The position numbers and the translations under genes were made by a program. Shown here piece after piece: positions 28,491-38,539 of a stretch of 48,378 nucleotides of DNA. Origin of the DNA: Bacillota bacterium (GTDB lineage: Bacteria; Bacillota; Clostridia; Oscillospirales; Ruminococcaceae); the NCBI GenBank assembly GCA_023429685.1, contig JAEZDF010000045.1, positions 1 to 48,378 on the forward strand, given 5' to 3'. Under the pieces are notes generated by a model. That model saw nothing but the letters and a program-made list of their open reading frames with translations. It did no database searches and was not told the origin of the DNA. Numbering within the stretch: the first letter of the stretch is position 1; each line of letters begins with the position of its first letter.

Positions 28491-29174
28491 ATGATAATCC
28501 TGTTGTGTATTCTGTACGCGATATCGCTTTGCTTGTATATACGCCGCTCGTTGCGCGAGGGGTTTGCCGCACAGCTTATTCTTAAGACCGTTACAAGCAC
28601 CCTGTTTGTGCTGATTGCATGGGTGAGCTATGAAACCGCATCGGGTAGCAGCAGTTACTTTGTGCCGATGCTACTTGCGCTCGTCTTCTCGCTAATTGGC
28701 GACGTTTTTATCCAGCTTCAGCGGCGCAGTAACGCGTTTACGCGGTACGCGCTTTCCTGCGGCGTGGGCGCGTTTTTTGCTGCCCACTGCCTGTTTGCGT
28801 CGGCGTTTTCGGCTATTGCTGCGTTTTCGATTGTTGACCTTGCGGTGTACTGCGTGCTGTTTGTAGGCTTGTACCTTGTTATTCGGTCGCTGCACCTTGA
28901 TTTTGGCAGGGTAGCCCCGCTGTGTATGTTGTACCTTGCCGCCATTGTGCTTATGTTTACCAAGGCACTTTCGGCATGGTACACGGGAGAGTCTCTTATT
29001 CTCGCCGTGCTGTTGCCATGTGGCGGTGCTTTGTTTATTGCGTCTGATTTTATGCTGACGCTAAAGAACTTTTACCCGCCCTGCAAGCGGAGCGCACTAG
29101 TAGCGACAGCGGTAACGCTTACCTACTATCTCGCCCAGCTTGTGTTTGCACTAAGCATTCTATACGCAGCTTGA
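28491..29174 (+). CDS. YhhN family (lysoplasmalogenase-like) membrane protein
   Basis: LK.., FSLIGDVF, FFAAH, LFIASD, TYYLAQ motifs. GGAGG RBS and TGnTATAAT upstream. Confidence 0.8.
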   Translation: MIILLCILYAISLCLYIRRSLREGFAAQLILKTVTSTLFVLIAWVSYETASGSSSYFVPMLLALVFSLIGDVFIQLQRRSNAFTRYALSCGVGAFFAAHCLFASAFSAIAAFSIVDLAVYCVLFVGLYLVIRSLHLDFGRVAPLCMLYLAAIVLMFTKALSAWYTGESLILAVLLPCGGALFIASDFMLTLKNFYPPCKRSALVATAVTLTYYLAQLVFALSILYAA

Positions 29175-29298
29175 AAACGGAACTTGTTTTAAGTTTGATG
29201 CTATATATGTAACGTAAACGATATTTATGCAGGAAGTTACTTCAACTGGCGGAGCTTGTGAAATCTAACTTATTTACTCTACAAGCAAGCCCAAAGAG

Positions 29299-29326
29299 AA
29301 AGGCGGGTGTCATCCCGCCTTTTTTT
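29299..29326. terminator. Intrinsic terminator between convergent genes
   Basis: aaaggcggg / cccgccttt stem followed by a T run. Confidence 0.75.
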
Positions 29327-29338
29327 GCATAGCCAGTG

Positions 29339-29635
29339 CTAGACCTCGTAGTCGCATACAATGCGCGACGTGGCAACGTTGGCGACAAAGTCCTTTACCT
29401 TTTGGTGGGCGGGGTGACTTTGATACACCGCGAGCGCCTCTGTGGACTCCAGCTCGGAATACAGGCAGCATTCGTAGCCGCCCGGGTTTATGCCCTCGCC
29501 GACCTCTGCGTGGAGCAAGCCGGGCACGACGCCGACGAGCGCCTCGATGTCGTTTTTAACCTTTTGTATAATTTGGTGTTTATCCAGTCCGCCAAAGTTG
29601 TCTTTGAAGTTCCAGCATACGATGTGTTTAATCAT
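29339..29635 (-). CDS. Dabb family stress-responsive A/B barrel protein
   Basis: MIKHIVCWNFK...YQSHPAH...CDY pattern. Confidence 0.85.
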   Translation of the reverse strand: MIKHIVCWNFKDNFGGLDKHQIIQKVKNDIEALVGVVPGLLHAEVGEGINPGGYECCLYSELESTEALAVYQSHPAHQKVKDFVANVATSRIVCDYEV

Positions 29636-29691
29636 TGTTATAACCATCCTTTCGCTATATAAAATACAAATCCGATTTACCGATGCTATGG

Positions 29692-31227
29692 CTACAGTCT
29701 GTGCTGCCAGTACTTTCGATCCAGACTGCGGTACTGAATCGCCTCCGAGATGTGCTTGGTATCGATCTGGGGGCTTTCATCCAAATCCGCGATGGTGCGC
29801 GCCACCTTCAGGATGCGATTGTGAGCGCGGGCGGAAAGACCCAGTCGCTCAAACGACCGCTCTAGCAGGTTTTTTGCGTTGTCTGTCAGGGTGCACACCT
29901 CGTTTAACACACCGTCGGGCAGACGCGCGTTACAGGATGCCCCTGTAAGCTCAAAGCGGGTTTGTGCAATTGCCCGCGCGCCGTTGACCCGTTGCCTGAT
30001 TTCGGCGGACGACTCTTCGCTGCCGCCTGCACCCGAAAGCGACGTATACTCTACCGGCATGACCTCGACGTGGATATCCACCCGATCAAGCAGTGGTCCC
30101 GAGATGCGGGATAGGTAGCTTGCCACCGCTTTATCCGAGCAGCGGCACGGGCGGGTTGGGTGCCCAAAATAGCCGCAGGGGCAGGGGTTCATCGCCGCCA
30201 CCAGCATGATGGCGCACGGGTACGAAAGCGTTCCGTTTACGCGGGCGATGGTGACCGTGCCGTCCTCAATGGGCTGGCGCATGACCTCTATGGCGATGCG
30301 GTTAAACTCGGGCAGCTCGTCCAAAAACAGTACCCCGCAGTGTGCAAGGGAGATCTCGCCCGGCTTTGGGATGCTGCCGCCGCCTGAAAGTGCCGCGGGG
30401 GAAACGGTGTGGTGGGGCGAACGAAACGGTCGCGTGCGTATCATGGGCTGACCTTTTGGCAAAAGCCCCGCAATGGAATGCAGCTTTGTTACCTGTATCG
30501 CCTCGTCAAACGTCAGGTCGGGCAGAATGCCGGGCAGTCGTTTTGCCAGCATGCTTTTGCCCGCCCCCGGGGAACCGACCAATATCACGTTGTGCCCGCC
30601 TGCCGCCGCAACCTCCAGCGCGCGCTTTGCGCCCTGCTGACCCTTGACGTCCGCAAAATCGAGAAACGGTGGCTCGGGGGGCTGAGAAAACGTCTGCTGT
30701 GATACGGGGGTAAGGGTGCATTCGCCCGATAAAAAGGATAGTATCTCGGTAAAACGCGTGACCGCATAGATTTCGATTCCGTCTACCGCGGAAGCCTCCG
30801 CAGCGTTCTCGGCGGGGATGAACAGGCGCGCAAAGCCATTCTCTCTGGCATATATCGCCATGGGCAGCACGCCGTTGACCGCCTTGACCTCTCCGGAAAG
30901 TGACAGCTCTCCGATGTATGCGGTTTTGAGCGGTGGCAGCGAAACGGCACCCGACGCGCACAGGATGCTGAGCAGGATGGGCAGGTCGTACAGCGGCCCC
31001 GCCTTTTTCACGTCGGCGGGTGCAAGGTTTACCGTAATGCGCCCGAGTGGCACCTCGTAACCGTTGTTCTTCGCCGCCGCGCGCACACGGTCGCGCGCCT
31101 CGCGCACCGATGCGTCGGGCAGCCCCACGATGTCAAACGACGGCATGCCGCGTGCGACGTCCGCCTCGACGCTGACGCCGTAGGCATCCACGCCGAATAG
31201 CCCTATGCTGTCAAGCCTTGCAAACAA
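29692..31227 (-). CDS. comM: YifB/ComM Mg-chelatase-like AAA ATPase
   Basis: VGLPD, NLAPAD, GSPGAGKS, PFRSPHH, FLDELPEF, NPCPCG, SGPLLDR, ARTIADL. Confidence 0.92.
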   Translation of the reverse strand: MFARLDSIGLFGVDAYGVSVEADVARGMPSFDIVGLPDASVREARDRVRAAAKNNGYEVPLGRITVNLAPADVKKAGPLYDLPILLSILCASGAVSLPPLKTAYIGELSLSGEVKAVNGVLPMAIYARENGFARLFIPAENAAEASAVDGIEIYAVTRFTEILSFLSGECTLTPVSQQTFSQPPEPPFLDFADVKGQQGAKRALEVAAAGGHNVILVGSPGAGKSMLAKRLPGILPDLTFDEAIQVTKLHSIAGLLPKGQPMIRTRPFRSPHHTVSPAALSGGGSIPKPGEISLAHCGVLFLDELPEFNRIAIEVMRQPIEDGTVTIARVNGTLSYPCAIMLVAAMNPCPCGYFGHPTRPCRCSDKAVASYLSRISGPLLDRVDIHVEVMPVEYTSLSGAGGSEESSAEIRQRVNGARAIAQTRFELTGASCNARLPDGVLNEVCTLTDNAKNLLERSFERLGLSARAHNRILKVARTIADLDESPQIDTKHISEAIQYRSLDRKYWQHRL

Positions 31228-31288
31228 GCCGTCACCACCTCTGCCAATGTCGCGCCTTGGTTTGATATTTCACGTCCTTGCAGACATT

Positions 31289-31771
31289 TTACTTGTGATA
31301 TTTGGTGTTCGCGTTAATGGAGAACGCGCGGTAAACCTGCTCAAGCAGCATCACCCGCGCAAGCTGGTGGGCAAACGTCATGTCGGACATCGAAAGCCGC
31401 AGCCTGCACGCCGCCTTGACCTCGTCACTAAGCCCAAACGAGCCGCCGATTACAAACGCAAACGCGCTGGTGCCGTTTGCCGCAAGAGACGCAATGCTAG
31501 CTGCAAGCTGCTCGCTTGACAGCTTTTGCCCCTCGATACACAACGCCGCCGCATAGCTGCCCGCCGGTATCTTTGCAAGAATCCGTGCACCTTCTTCGGT
31601 AAGTGCCGCGTCGATCTGTGCCTGCGAGGGACGGTCGGGCAGCCGCGCTTCGGCTATCTCTATTACGGAAAGCTTGCAAAACGCGCCAAGGCGTTTTTGA
31701 TACTCCGCACACGCCGCGCGCAGGTAGTCCTCCTTCAGCTTTCCGACACATATCAGGGTAACACCTATCAT
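31289..31771 (-). CDS. rlmH: 23S rRNA m3Psi1915 methyltransferase
   Basis: VGKLKE, FVIGGSFG, MTFAHQLARVMLLEQVYRA, YHK. Confidence 0.96.
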   Translation of the reverse strand: MIGVTLICVGKLKEDYLRAACAEYQKRLGAFCKLSVIEIAEARLPDRPSQAQIDAALTEEGARILAKIPAGSYAAALCIEGQKLSSEQLAASIASLAANGTSAFAFVIGGSFGLSDEVKAACRLRLSMSDMTFAHQLARVMLLEQVYRAFSINANTKYHK

Positions 31772-31799
31772 CTAACTACACCTCAATTAACCCGTGCCA

Positions 31800-32591
31800 T
31801 CACAAAAGCATGGGGCGGCTTGGGGCGTTGCGGCTTGCCACCTCCAGCAGGTAGTCCGAGCCGAATTCAAACCCGCCGCAGGTCAGTGCCGCCTTAGCCG
31901 TTTGCAAGGCTAGCTCGGGCACGTTGTTCTCGCGGCTCAGGTGCGCAAGAAAAAAGCGCGTCGTGCCGTTTGCGGCAAGATAGCACAGCTCCTCGGCACA
32001 GTGCTCGTTGGAGAGGTGCCCCGTCTGCCCCAGGATACGCCGTTTGAGGTAGTAGGGGTAACCGCCGCATTCCAGCATACGCTTATCGTAATTCGATTCT
32101 AGCACAACAAGGTCGCTGCCGCACAGGTTTTGGCGCACCTCGTCGGTGACAAAGCCGAGGTCGGTGGCAATACAGATGCGCCTGCCGCTTTCGGTTGTAA
32201 CCGAAAAGCCCATGCTTTCGGCGGCATCGTGCGGGGTGTGAAAGGGGGTAACGTGCATATCGTCTATGTACTGCCCTTCGGGGGAGATGACCGAGACCTC
32301 ACATCCCGCAGGGAGATAATCGTTTTGCTCAAGAAAATCGAGCGTACCGGCAGAGGCAAACAGCGGAATGCGGTTATTTTTGAGCAGCACCTTTAGCCCC
32401 CTAATATGGTCGATATGCTCATGGGTGATAAAGATGGCGTGTATCTTGCTTAGGCACTGCCCGATGCTCTCTAGCCCCGTTTTGATTGCCCTGCAGCTGA
32501 CACCGGTGTCTACCAAAATGCCGCCGTCGCTGTTGCCCACAAAGGTGGCGTTACCGCTGCTTCCGCTGTAAAGCGGGCAAACCATTGCCAT
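31800..32591 (-). CDS. MBL-fold metallo-hydrolase, YycJ/WalJ family
   Basis: SGSSGNA, THEHIDH, HD, ESNYD, GHLSN, HLSRENN. Upstream of rlmH, as in Bacilli. Confidence 0.88.
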   Translation of the reverse strand: MAMVCPLYSGSSGNATFVGNSDGGILVDTGVSCRAIKTGLESIGQCLSKIHAIFITHEHIDHIRGLKVLLKNNRIPLFASAGTLDFLEQNDYLPAGCEVSVISPEGQYIDDMHVTPFHTPHDAAESMGFSVTTESGRRICIATDLGFVTDEVRQNLCGSDLVVLESNYDKRMLECGGYPYYLKRRILGQTGHLSNEHCAEELCYLAANGTTRFFLAHLSRENNVPELALQTAKAALTCGGFEFGSDYLLEVASRNAPSRPMLL

Positions 32592-32631
32592 TTGGGCACA
32601 TCCTTCCGTTTCATATCATAAAAATCGTTAT

Positions 32632-33072
32632 TTAAAAGTATTTGATAAAGTTCTTTTGGTTCTTGCGGTCGGTATAGCCGCACGCTAGATAAAAGCCATG
32701 CGCACCCATACGGTTAAAGCCCGAAACCAGACGAACACCCTTACAGTCGCATTCCCGCGCCCAATCCTCCGCTGCTGTGAGCAATAACTTGCCAACGCCC
32801 CTACCTCGAACCTGTTCCAACACCGCCAGGGCAAGGATATTCTTCAGTGGAGGCTGATAGATGCAGTCGTAATCTGCACAATGGATATACCCGACAATAT
32901 CGCCGTCAAGCTCCGCCACAAGCAGGCGGTCGCGCCCGGTATCAAGTACCATGGCAAGGCGCTTGCGGGTACGCTCAATTGGAAAATCGTAACCCAGCGC
33001 ATCCCTGTTAATACGGTATAGCGCGTCTGCATCATCGAGCTGCGCCGGTCGAATCATTGCGTCACCGTTCAT
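32632..33072 (-). CDS. GNAT family N-acetyltransferase
   Basis: LAV..VRGRGVGKLLL motif A and AHGFY..GY. Confidence 0.85.
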   Translation of the reverse strand: MNGDAMIRPAQLDDADALYRINRDALGYDFPIERTRKRLAMVLDTGRDRLLVAELDGDIVGYIHCADYDCIYQPPLKNILALAVLEQVRGRGVGKLLLTAAEDWARECDCKGVRLVSGFNRMGAHGFYLACGYTDRKNQKNFIKYF

Positions 33073-33181
33073 CTGTGTCACCCTTTATCAGTCAATTGTC
33101 TCGTGTAAACGAGATTGCCAAAGCGGGTCAAAATATGCCAAAGGACCTAAGCAGTCTGCCCGGTCCTTTTTTACCACTATT

Positions 33182-34468
33182 TTATAAGGCAGCAGGCAAT
33201 GCATCGCCGGGGATATCAATCTTTTTAATGTCTGCGCCCAGCATCCGAAGCTTTTTTTCCATCTCTTCGTAGCCGCGCTCAACGTGCTGGATATCCTCAA
33301 TCTCGGTAACGCCCTCCGCTGCAAGTGCCGCAATGACGAGTGCTGCCCCCGCGCGCAGATCGGTTGCCTTTACCGGTGCTCCTGTGAGATAGCCTCTTCC
33401 CTCGACCACCGCAACCTTGCCGTCCACCTGAATAGACGCGCCCATGCGGTGAAGCTCGTCCACATAACGAAAGCGGTTATCCCAAACGCCTTCGGTAACA
33501 ATGCTCGTGCCTTTTGCCAAGGTAAGAAGCGCAGTCATCTGCGGCTGCATGTCGGTGGGAAAGCCCGGATGCGGGAGTGTTTTCACGTTGGTACGCATCA
33601 AGTCGCCGGGGCGCTTGACGTGAACCGATTCGTCATGTTCGGTGACCTCCACACCCATCTTGCGCAGTTTGCTTGTAATCGGCTCAAGATGCTTGGGAAT
33701 CACATTCCTGACCACGACATCACCGCGTGTGGCGGCGGCAGCCACCATGTAGGTGCCCGCTTCAATCTGGTCGGGGATAATGGAGTAGTTGGCGCCGTGT
33801 AGACGCTGCACACCGCGTATCTTAATCACATCGGTACCGGCACCGCGTACGTCGGCTCCCATCGAGTTTAAAAAGTTAGCGAGGTCTACAATATGCGGCT
33901 CTTTTGCCGCGTTCTCAATCACAGTAAGCCCCGGCGCACGAACCGCCGCGAGCATGATGTTCATGGTTGCTCCCACCGAGACGACATCCAAAAATATCGG
34001 TGCGCCCAGTAAGGATTCGGACTGTACGCTGACGATACCGCCGCTTACAATCTCAACCTCTGCGCCAAGGGATTCAAAGCCCTTGATATGTTGATCGATG
34101 GGTCTTACGCCAAAATAGCACCCGCCCGGCAGTGGAACCATCGCCTTGCCAAACCGCCCAATCAGTACACCAAGCAGGTAGTACGATGCGCGCAGATGGC
34201 GTGCCATGTCGTACGACACAACGTGGGAACCAATTCTTGCGGTGTCTATCTCTACCGTCGTTTTATCTAAATAACGAATTTTGGCACCCATCTCGTGAAG
34301 AATCTTCAGGATAATGGAGGTGTCGCGAATATTCGGAACATTTTCAAGTACGCAGGGGCCGGCAGCTAAGATGGTGGCGGGAATTATGGCAACTGCGGCA
34401 TTCTTTGCGCCGCTGATGTTAACCTCGCCGACCAGTGGATTTCCACCGGTAACTACAAACTTTTCCAA
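33182..34468 (-). CDS. murA: UDP-N-acetylglucosamine 1-carboxyvinyltransferase (second copy, MurAB/MurZ-like)
   Basis: GAKNAAV, LRASYY, PGGCYFGVRPIDQH, SVGATMN, PGFPTD, DLRAGA. Confidence 0.95.
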   Translation of the reverse strand: MEKFVVTGGNPLVGEVNISGAKNAAVAIIPATILAAGPCVLENVPNIRDTSIILKILHEMGAKIRYLDKTTVEIDTARIGSHVVSYDMARHLRASYYLLGVLIGRFGKAMVPLPGGCYFGVRPIDQHIKGFESLGAEVEIVSGGIVSVQSESLLGAPIFLDVVSVGATMNIMLAAVRAPGLTVIENAAKEPHIVDLANFLNSMGADVRGAGTDVIKIRGVQRLHGANYSIIPDQIEAGTYMVAAAATRGDVVVRNVIPKHLEPITSKLRKMGVEVTEHDESVHVKRPGDLMRTNVKTLPHPGFPTDMQPQMTALLTLAKGTSIVTEGVWDNRFRYVDELHRMGASIQVDGKVAVVEGRGYLTGAPVKATDLRAGAALVIAALAAEGVTEIEDIQHVERGYEEMEKKLRMLGADIKKIDIPGDALPAAL

Positions 34469-34722
34469 TCAGATGTTCTCTCCTTAAAGCAGCGGCATAA
34501 ATGCAACCGCCTGTGATAACGGAAATGGTCGGTGACACTTAGATAAAACGCATTTGTTGTGCAAATGGTCAAACCTACCTTTATGTATTATACCACTAAT
34601 AGTATTAAAATAAAAGTGCAAATTACTTTTGTTTTATGTCAATTCGTTTGCACAAAATAACGCGCAATGACAAGTATGGGTAGGTTGGTATGATTTTTAT
34701 GCATTTGTTGTTGTAAAAAATT

Positions 34723-34759
34723 AAAACAACGGGCTTTGCCAATTGGACAAAGCCCGTTG
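34723..34759 (-). terminator. Intrinsic terminator after the M23 peptidase gene
   Basis: caacgggctttg / caaagcccgttg stem with a U tail. Confidence 0.75.
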
Positions 34760-34774
34760 CATTACAGTAATGGT

Positions 34775-36544
34775 TTAGTAGTAGCGCATGGGGTTCATAT
34801 AGCGACCGTTCACACGAATCTCGAAATGGAGATGCGTGCCGGTTACGTTACCGGTTCGGCCCATAAGACCGATGGTGTCGCCCTTACTCACCTTTTGCCC
34901 GTAAGAAACATAACGCTTGCTCAGATGGGCGTACAGCGTCTGTATGCCGTTGCCGTGGTCGATCATGACATGGTTGCCGTAGCCGCGTGCGTTTGTTTTT
35001 GCGATAACGACTACGCCTGAATCCGCCGCAACGATCTCTGCGCCGTGGTAAAGCGTAATGTCGGTACCGGTATGCCCCACATAGCCCTGGAAGCCGCAAG
35101 AGATGCGACCGCCGCCGACAACAGGCCACATAAAGCGTCCCGTGCCAACCGTGCTTGTGCTACCGCCGGTGGAAACCTTAATCTCCTTTGTGCCGACAGT
35201 AACCTGTTCTGCAACCGGCTCCTGAACCACGCGAGAACTAAGGATATTGCGCTGGATCTCAACGCCGTCTACCAGTGTAACCTCGGCGGTGACCTCCTGA
35301 ATGCCGTTAACACCTTTCTTGGTAATTTTGGTGTAACCGCGGGTATAGCTGCTGCTCTTGTTCTGAACTATCTCGTAAGGAAGAGCATCTTCATAGACAA
35401 TCGTTCTGGTTACCTTAATGGGAAGGAACGGTTCCGCCTGAGAGATTAGAACATCCTGTCCAGGAAACAGTGACTTGTCGATGCCTGGGTTTAGTAAAAG
35501 CAGGTCGCTTACACCCACACCAACGCTCTGCGCTATTTTCCACGGGCTGTCACCCTCCTTGACGGTGTAGGTCTTTTTGCCTTCAACCTCGGAGGTGATT
35601 AGCTGCTCTATCTCGTCGGATTCCTTTACAGTTGTCTGTGGATACAATCCGTCAACCAGCTTGACCGATTGCATAAAGTTGACTTTCTCGGTCGGCTCAC
35701 CCGTTCTGGACGCATCAAGCAATCCTTCAAGCGTCTGTTTAATGGACGCTCTGTCGTAGGTTGCGCCGATAAATTTGTCGTCGATATATAGACCGGACGC
35801 CTCCACGATAACACTGTTGGACGCCTTAATCAACTCGTCGCAGATCTGATCGACTCTTGAAAGTTCTGACTGATCCACCACCGTGACCTTATAGGTTGGG
35901 ATGGTGTAGATCGGCTCTGCCGAGGCATCAGCCACTATACGCTCCTGCATCATCTTCTCCGCCTGTTTAAACTCAGTCTCGGAGGTGATATAGCCGAGCG
36001 TCTTTCCGTCATACTCTACCTCAAGCCCAAAGGTAAGACCGGAAAAATACTGGATGGTCATAACAAGGAACAGGACACCGAGAACCGGCGCAACGTAATG
36101 GGATAAACCCACAATGCCGCGAAGAACCAGCAAACCGCCTCGTTTGACACAGCCTGCGCATTCCTTTGTGGCAAGCCACAGGCTTCTTTTGCGTTTTTCT
36201 TTTATACGCCTAACTGCGCGGGAAAACTTAGTTGCAAAACTGAAAAATGGATCCAGCATCTCTTGCGCAACATACATCAGGTACGCCCCAAGACGTTTAC
36301 GGATAACCTTGCTGTGGAAAAACTCCCACACCTTGCTGTTGCGTGCATAAAACCCGATGTTGCGCCGATAGCGCTTCATCGTACGCATAAACTGAACCCC
36401 AACAAAGTAGCAAATTCTATATAGTCTGGTAAACAGCTTGCTTAGCTCTTGTAGTACAATAGAAGATAAAACTTCTTTCCGTGTTCCCCCAAATACGATT
36501 GGCGCCCCTTTAATCGAGCCGCCGGTGTCGTTTGCGAGTGCCAC
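34775..36544 (-). CDS. Membrane-anchored LysM-G5-M23 peptidoglycan endopeptidase
   Basis: TM, LysM (YTVKEGDS..IA), G5 (KKGVNG..VGTK), M23 HTGTD / HLS / HLHFE. GTG 36544 with AAGGAG RBS. Confidence 0.9.
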   Translation of the reverse strand: MALANDTGGSIKGAPIVFGGTRKEVLSSIVLQELSKLFTRLYRICYFVGVQFMRTMKRYRRNIGFYARNSKVWEFFHSKVIRKRLGAYLMYVAQEMLDPFFSFATKFSRAVRRIKEKRKRSLWLATKECAGCVKRGGLLVLRGIVGLSHYVAPVLGVLFLVMTIQYFSGLTFGLEVEYDGKTLGYITSETEFKQAEKMMQERIVADASAEPIYTIPTYKVTVVDQSELSRVDQICDELIKASNSVIVEASGLYIDDKFIGATYDRASIKQTLEGLLDASRTGEPTEKVNFMQSVKLVDGLYPQTTVKESDEIEQLITSEVEGKKTYTVKEGDSPWKIAQSVGVGVSDLLLLNPGIDKSLFPGQDVLISQAEPFLPIKVTRTIVYEDALPYEIVQNKSSSYTRGYTKITKKGVNGIQEVTAEVTLVDGVEIQRNILSSRVVQEPVAEQVTVGTKEIKVSTGGSTSTVGTGRFMWPVVGGGRISCGFQGYVGHTGTDITLYHGAEIVAADSGVVVIAKTNARGYGNHVMIDHGNGIQTLYAHLSKRYVSYGQKVSKGDTIGLMGRTGNVTGTHLHFEIRVNGRYMNPMRYY

Positions 36545-36659
36545 TTGCATCACTCCTTTTTTTTCGGCGCAAAGGGGCTTGCATCGATGCCTTTGCCGCC
36601 TGACGAACATCGTCATAGGCTAAACCGAAAAGCAGAACTACTATTTCGTGGATAAACTA

Positions 36660-36687
36660 ATTATACACACCGAAGCCAAAAATACAA
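36660..36687 (-). promoter_or_regulatory. sigA promoter of the M23 gene
   Basis: TTGTAT-N16-TATAAT. Confidence 0.55.
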
Positions 36688-36948
36688 GGCTTTGCCCGGT
36701 ATGGATACAAAATTGTAATATATAATTTACAATTACTGAGACGACAAAGGAGAGCTTTCTCACAAGAATATACAAATTACTCCGATATTCGCCATTCTAT
36801 CCACACCATATTATATGCCATTTTCGTCATGGGTTGTCATCAACTTGTCCGCAAAAAGGCTCTAAAGAAACGATATGATTGTCTTTTACTTTATTATTCC
36901 AAAAAAGATAGCTGATTTTACATGGTAATTTTTTCATGGCTTGTGTCG

Positions 36949-37680
36949 TTACAATACCTTGGACAAAAACTCCCGCAGACGCTCGTTTTTGGGGCTGCTA
37001 AAAAACTGTTCGGGAGGTGCCTGCTCCAGTACCTGACCCTCGTCCATAAACAGCACGCGGGTGGCGACCTCTCTGGCAAAGCCCATTTCGTGCGTGACCA
37101 CCACCATGGTCATGCCCTCATGGGCAAGCTCACGCATAACCTCCAGCACTTCGCCCACCATCTCGGGGTCGAGCGCGGAGGTTGGCTCGTCAAACAGCAT
37201 CACATCGGGGTTCATCGCCAGTGCGCGAACAATCGCAATACGCTGCTTTTGACCGCCCGAAAGCTGGTTGGGGTAGGAATCCGCCTTTTCGGTAAGCCCG
37301 ATGCGCTCGAGCAACCGCAACGCCTGCTCTTTTGCTTCATCTTGCGTCTTAAGCTTAAGCCTTAAGGGCGCAAGCATAATATTATCCAAAATACTCAAAT
37401 GGGGAAACAGATTGAACTGCTGAAATACCATACCCATCTTACGGCGTAGCAGGTTGATGTCCGCATTGGGTGCCGTGATATTCTCGCCCTCAAACCAAAC
37501 CTCGCCCCCAGTGGGAACCTCCAACAGGTTTAGGCAACGCAAAAAGGTGCTCTTGCCCGAGCCGGAGGGACCCACGACGACGACCTTCTCGCCTTTTTCA
37601 ATCGTAAGGTCGATGCCGCGCAGCACGTTGTTGTCTCCAAAGGATTTTTGCAGATTGTTAACGGTTATCACCCTTTGCAA
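36949..37680 (-). CDS. Polar amino acid ABC transporter ATP-binding protein (GlnQ/ArtM type)
   Basis: [36 protein letters not shown]. Confidence 0.95.
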   Translation of the reverse strand: MQRVITVNNLQKSFGDNNVLRGIDLTIEKGEKVVVVGPSGSGKSTFLRCLNLLEVPTGGEVWFEGENITAPNADINLLRRKMGMVFQQFNLFPHLSILDNIMLAPLRLKLKTQDEAKEQALRLLERIGLTEKADSYPNQLSGGQKQRIAIVRALAMNPDVMLFDEPTSALDPEMVGEVLEVMRELAHEGMTMVVVTHEMGFAREVATRVLFMDEGQVLEQAPPEQFFSSPKNERLREFLSKVL

Positions 37681-38344
37681 GCCTCCTTTCCATCTTCTTT
37701 TGAATGGCGGTCATACCGATAACCAGCAACAGGTAGATGCCTGCCACCAAGAACAGCGGCAATCCGATAAATGTTCTGCCACGGATGCCATCGGCGACCT
37801 TTGTCAGTTCACGTACTGCAATCATGCCCGCAATGGAGGTTTCTTTGAGCAGTACGATGAACTCGTTAAACAGCGCGGGCAGGATGTTTTTAACCGCCTG
37901 CGGCAGAATAATCAGCGACATAGTCATTGAATTGCCAAGACCAAGGCTTCTGCCCGCCTCGTACTGCCCCTTATCCACCGACTGGATGCCTGAGCGGATA
38001 ATCTCGGCAACGTAGGCACCCGAGTTTATGCCAAAGCCGACAAACGCAACCGGCATGCCGTCTGTCGTTGAGGTAAAGACCACGGTGTAAAGGATAAGCA
38101 GCTGCACGATCATCGGCGTTCCGCGAATGATGGTGATATAGACATCGCACAGCTTATCAAGCACCCACAGCTTTTTATTGGTGACCGCAAAATACTTAAT
38201 GAGAGCGACAACGGTTCCGATTACGACACCGATACACACCGCCACTGCCGAGATAAGCAGTGTTTTACCAAGACCCTCAAAATACATCAGCCAACGGTCT
38301 TCCGCGATTATGGAGATGTAGATATCCTGCAAGAATTTTTCCAT
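37658..38344 (-). CDS. Polar amino acid ABC transporter permease
   Basis: [36 protein letters not shown]. Confidence 0.94.
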   Translation of the reverse strand: MEKFLQDIYISIIAEDRWLMYFEGLGKTLLISAVAVCIGVVIGTVVALIKYFAVTNKKLWVLDKLCDVYITIIRGTPMIVQLLILYTVVFTSTTDGMPVAFVGFGINSGAYVAEIIRSGIQSVDKGQYEAGRSLGLGNSMTMSLIILPQAVKNILPALFNEFIVLLKETSIAGMIAVRELTKVADGIRGRTFIGLPLFLVAGIYLLLVIGMTAIQKKMERRLAKGDNR

Positions 38345-38539
38345 CTGCGTTCCTATGCCTTTCCGGCGGCAAGGTGGCAACCCCGCCGACATTAAAAATA
38401 TTGCACCAATACACTTGTTGTAAAGCGGCGCACCCGCAAGTGCAGCACGCAGTATTGGTTGCGCCGTTTTACAACAAGCCATAGCAGGCAAAGCTGCCCG
38501 CTATGGCTCGCATTGATGATTTGTTTTTGGTAAAAGCGA

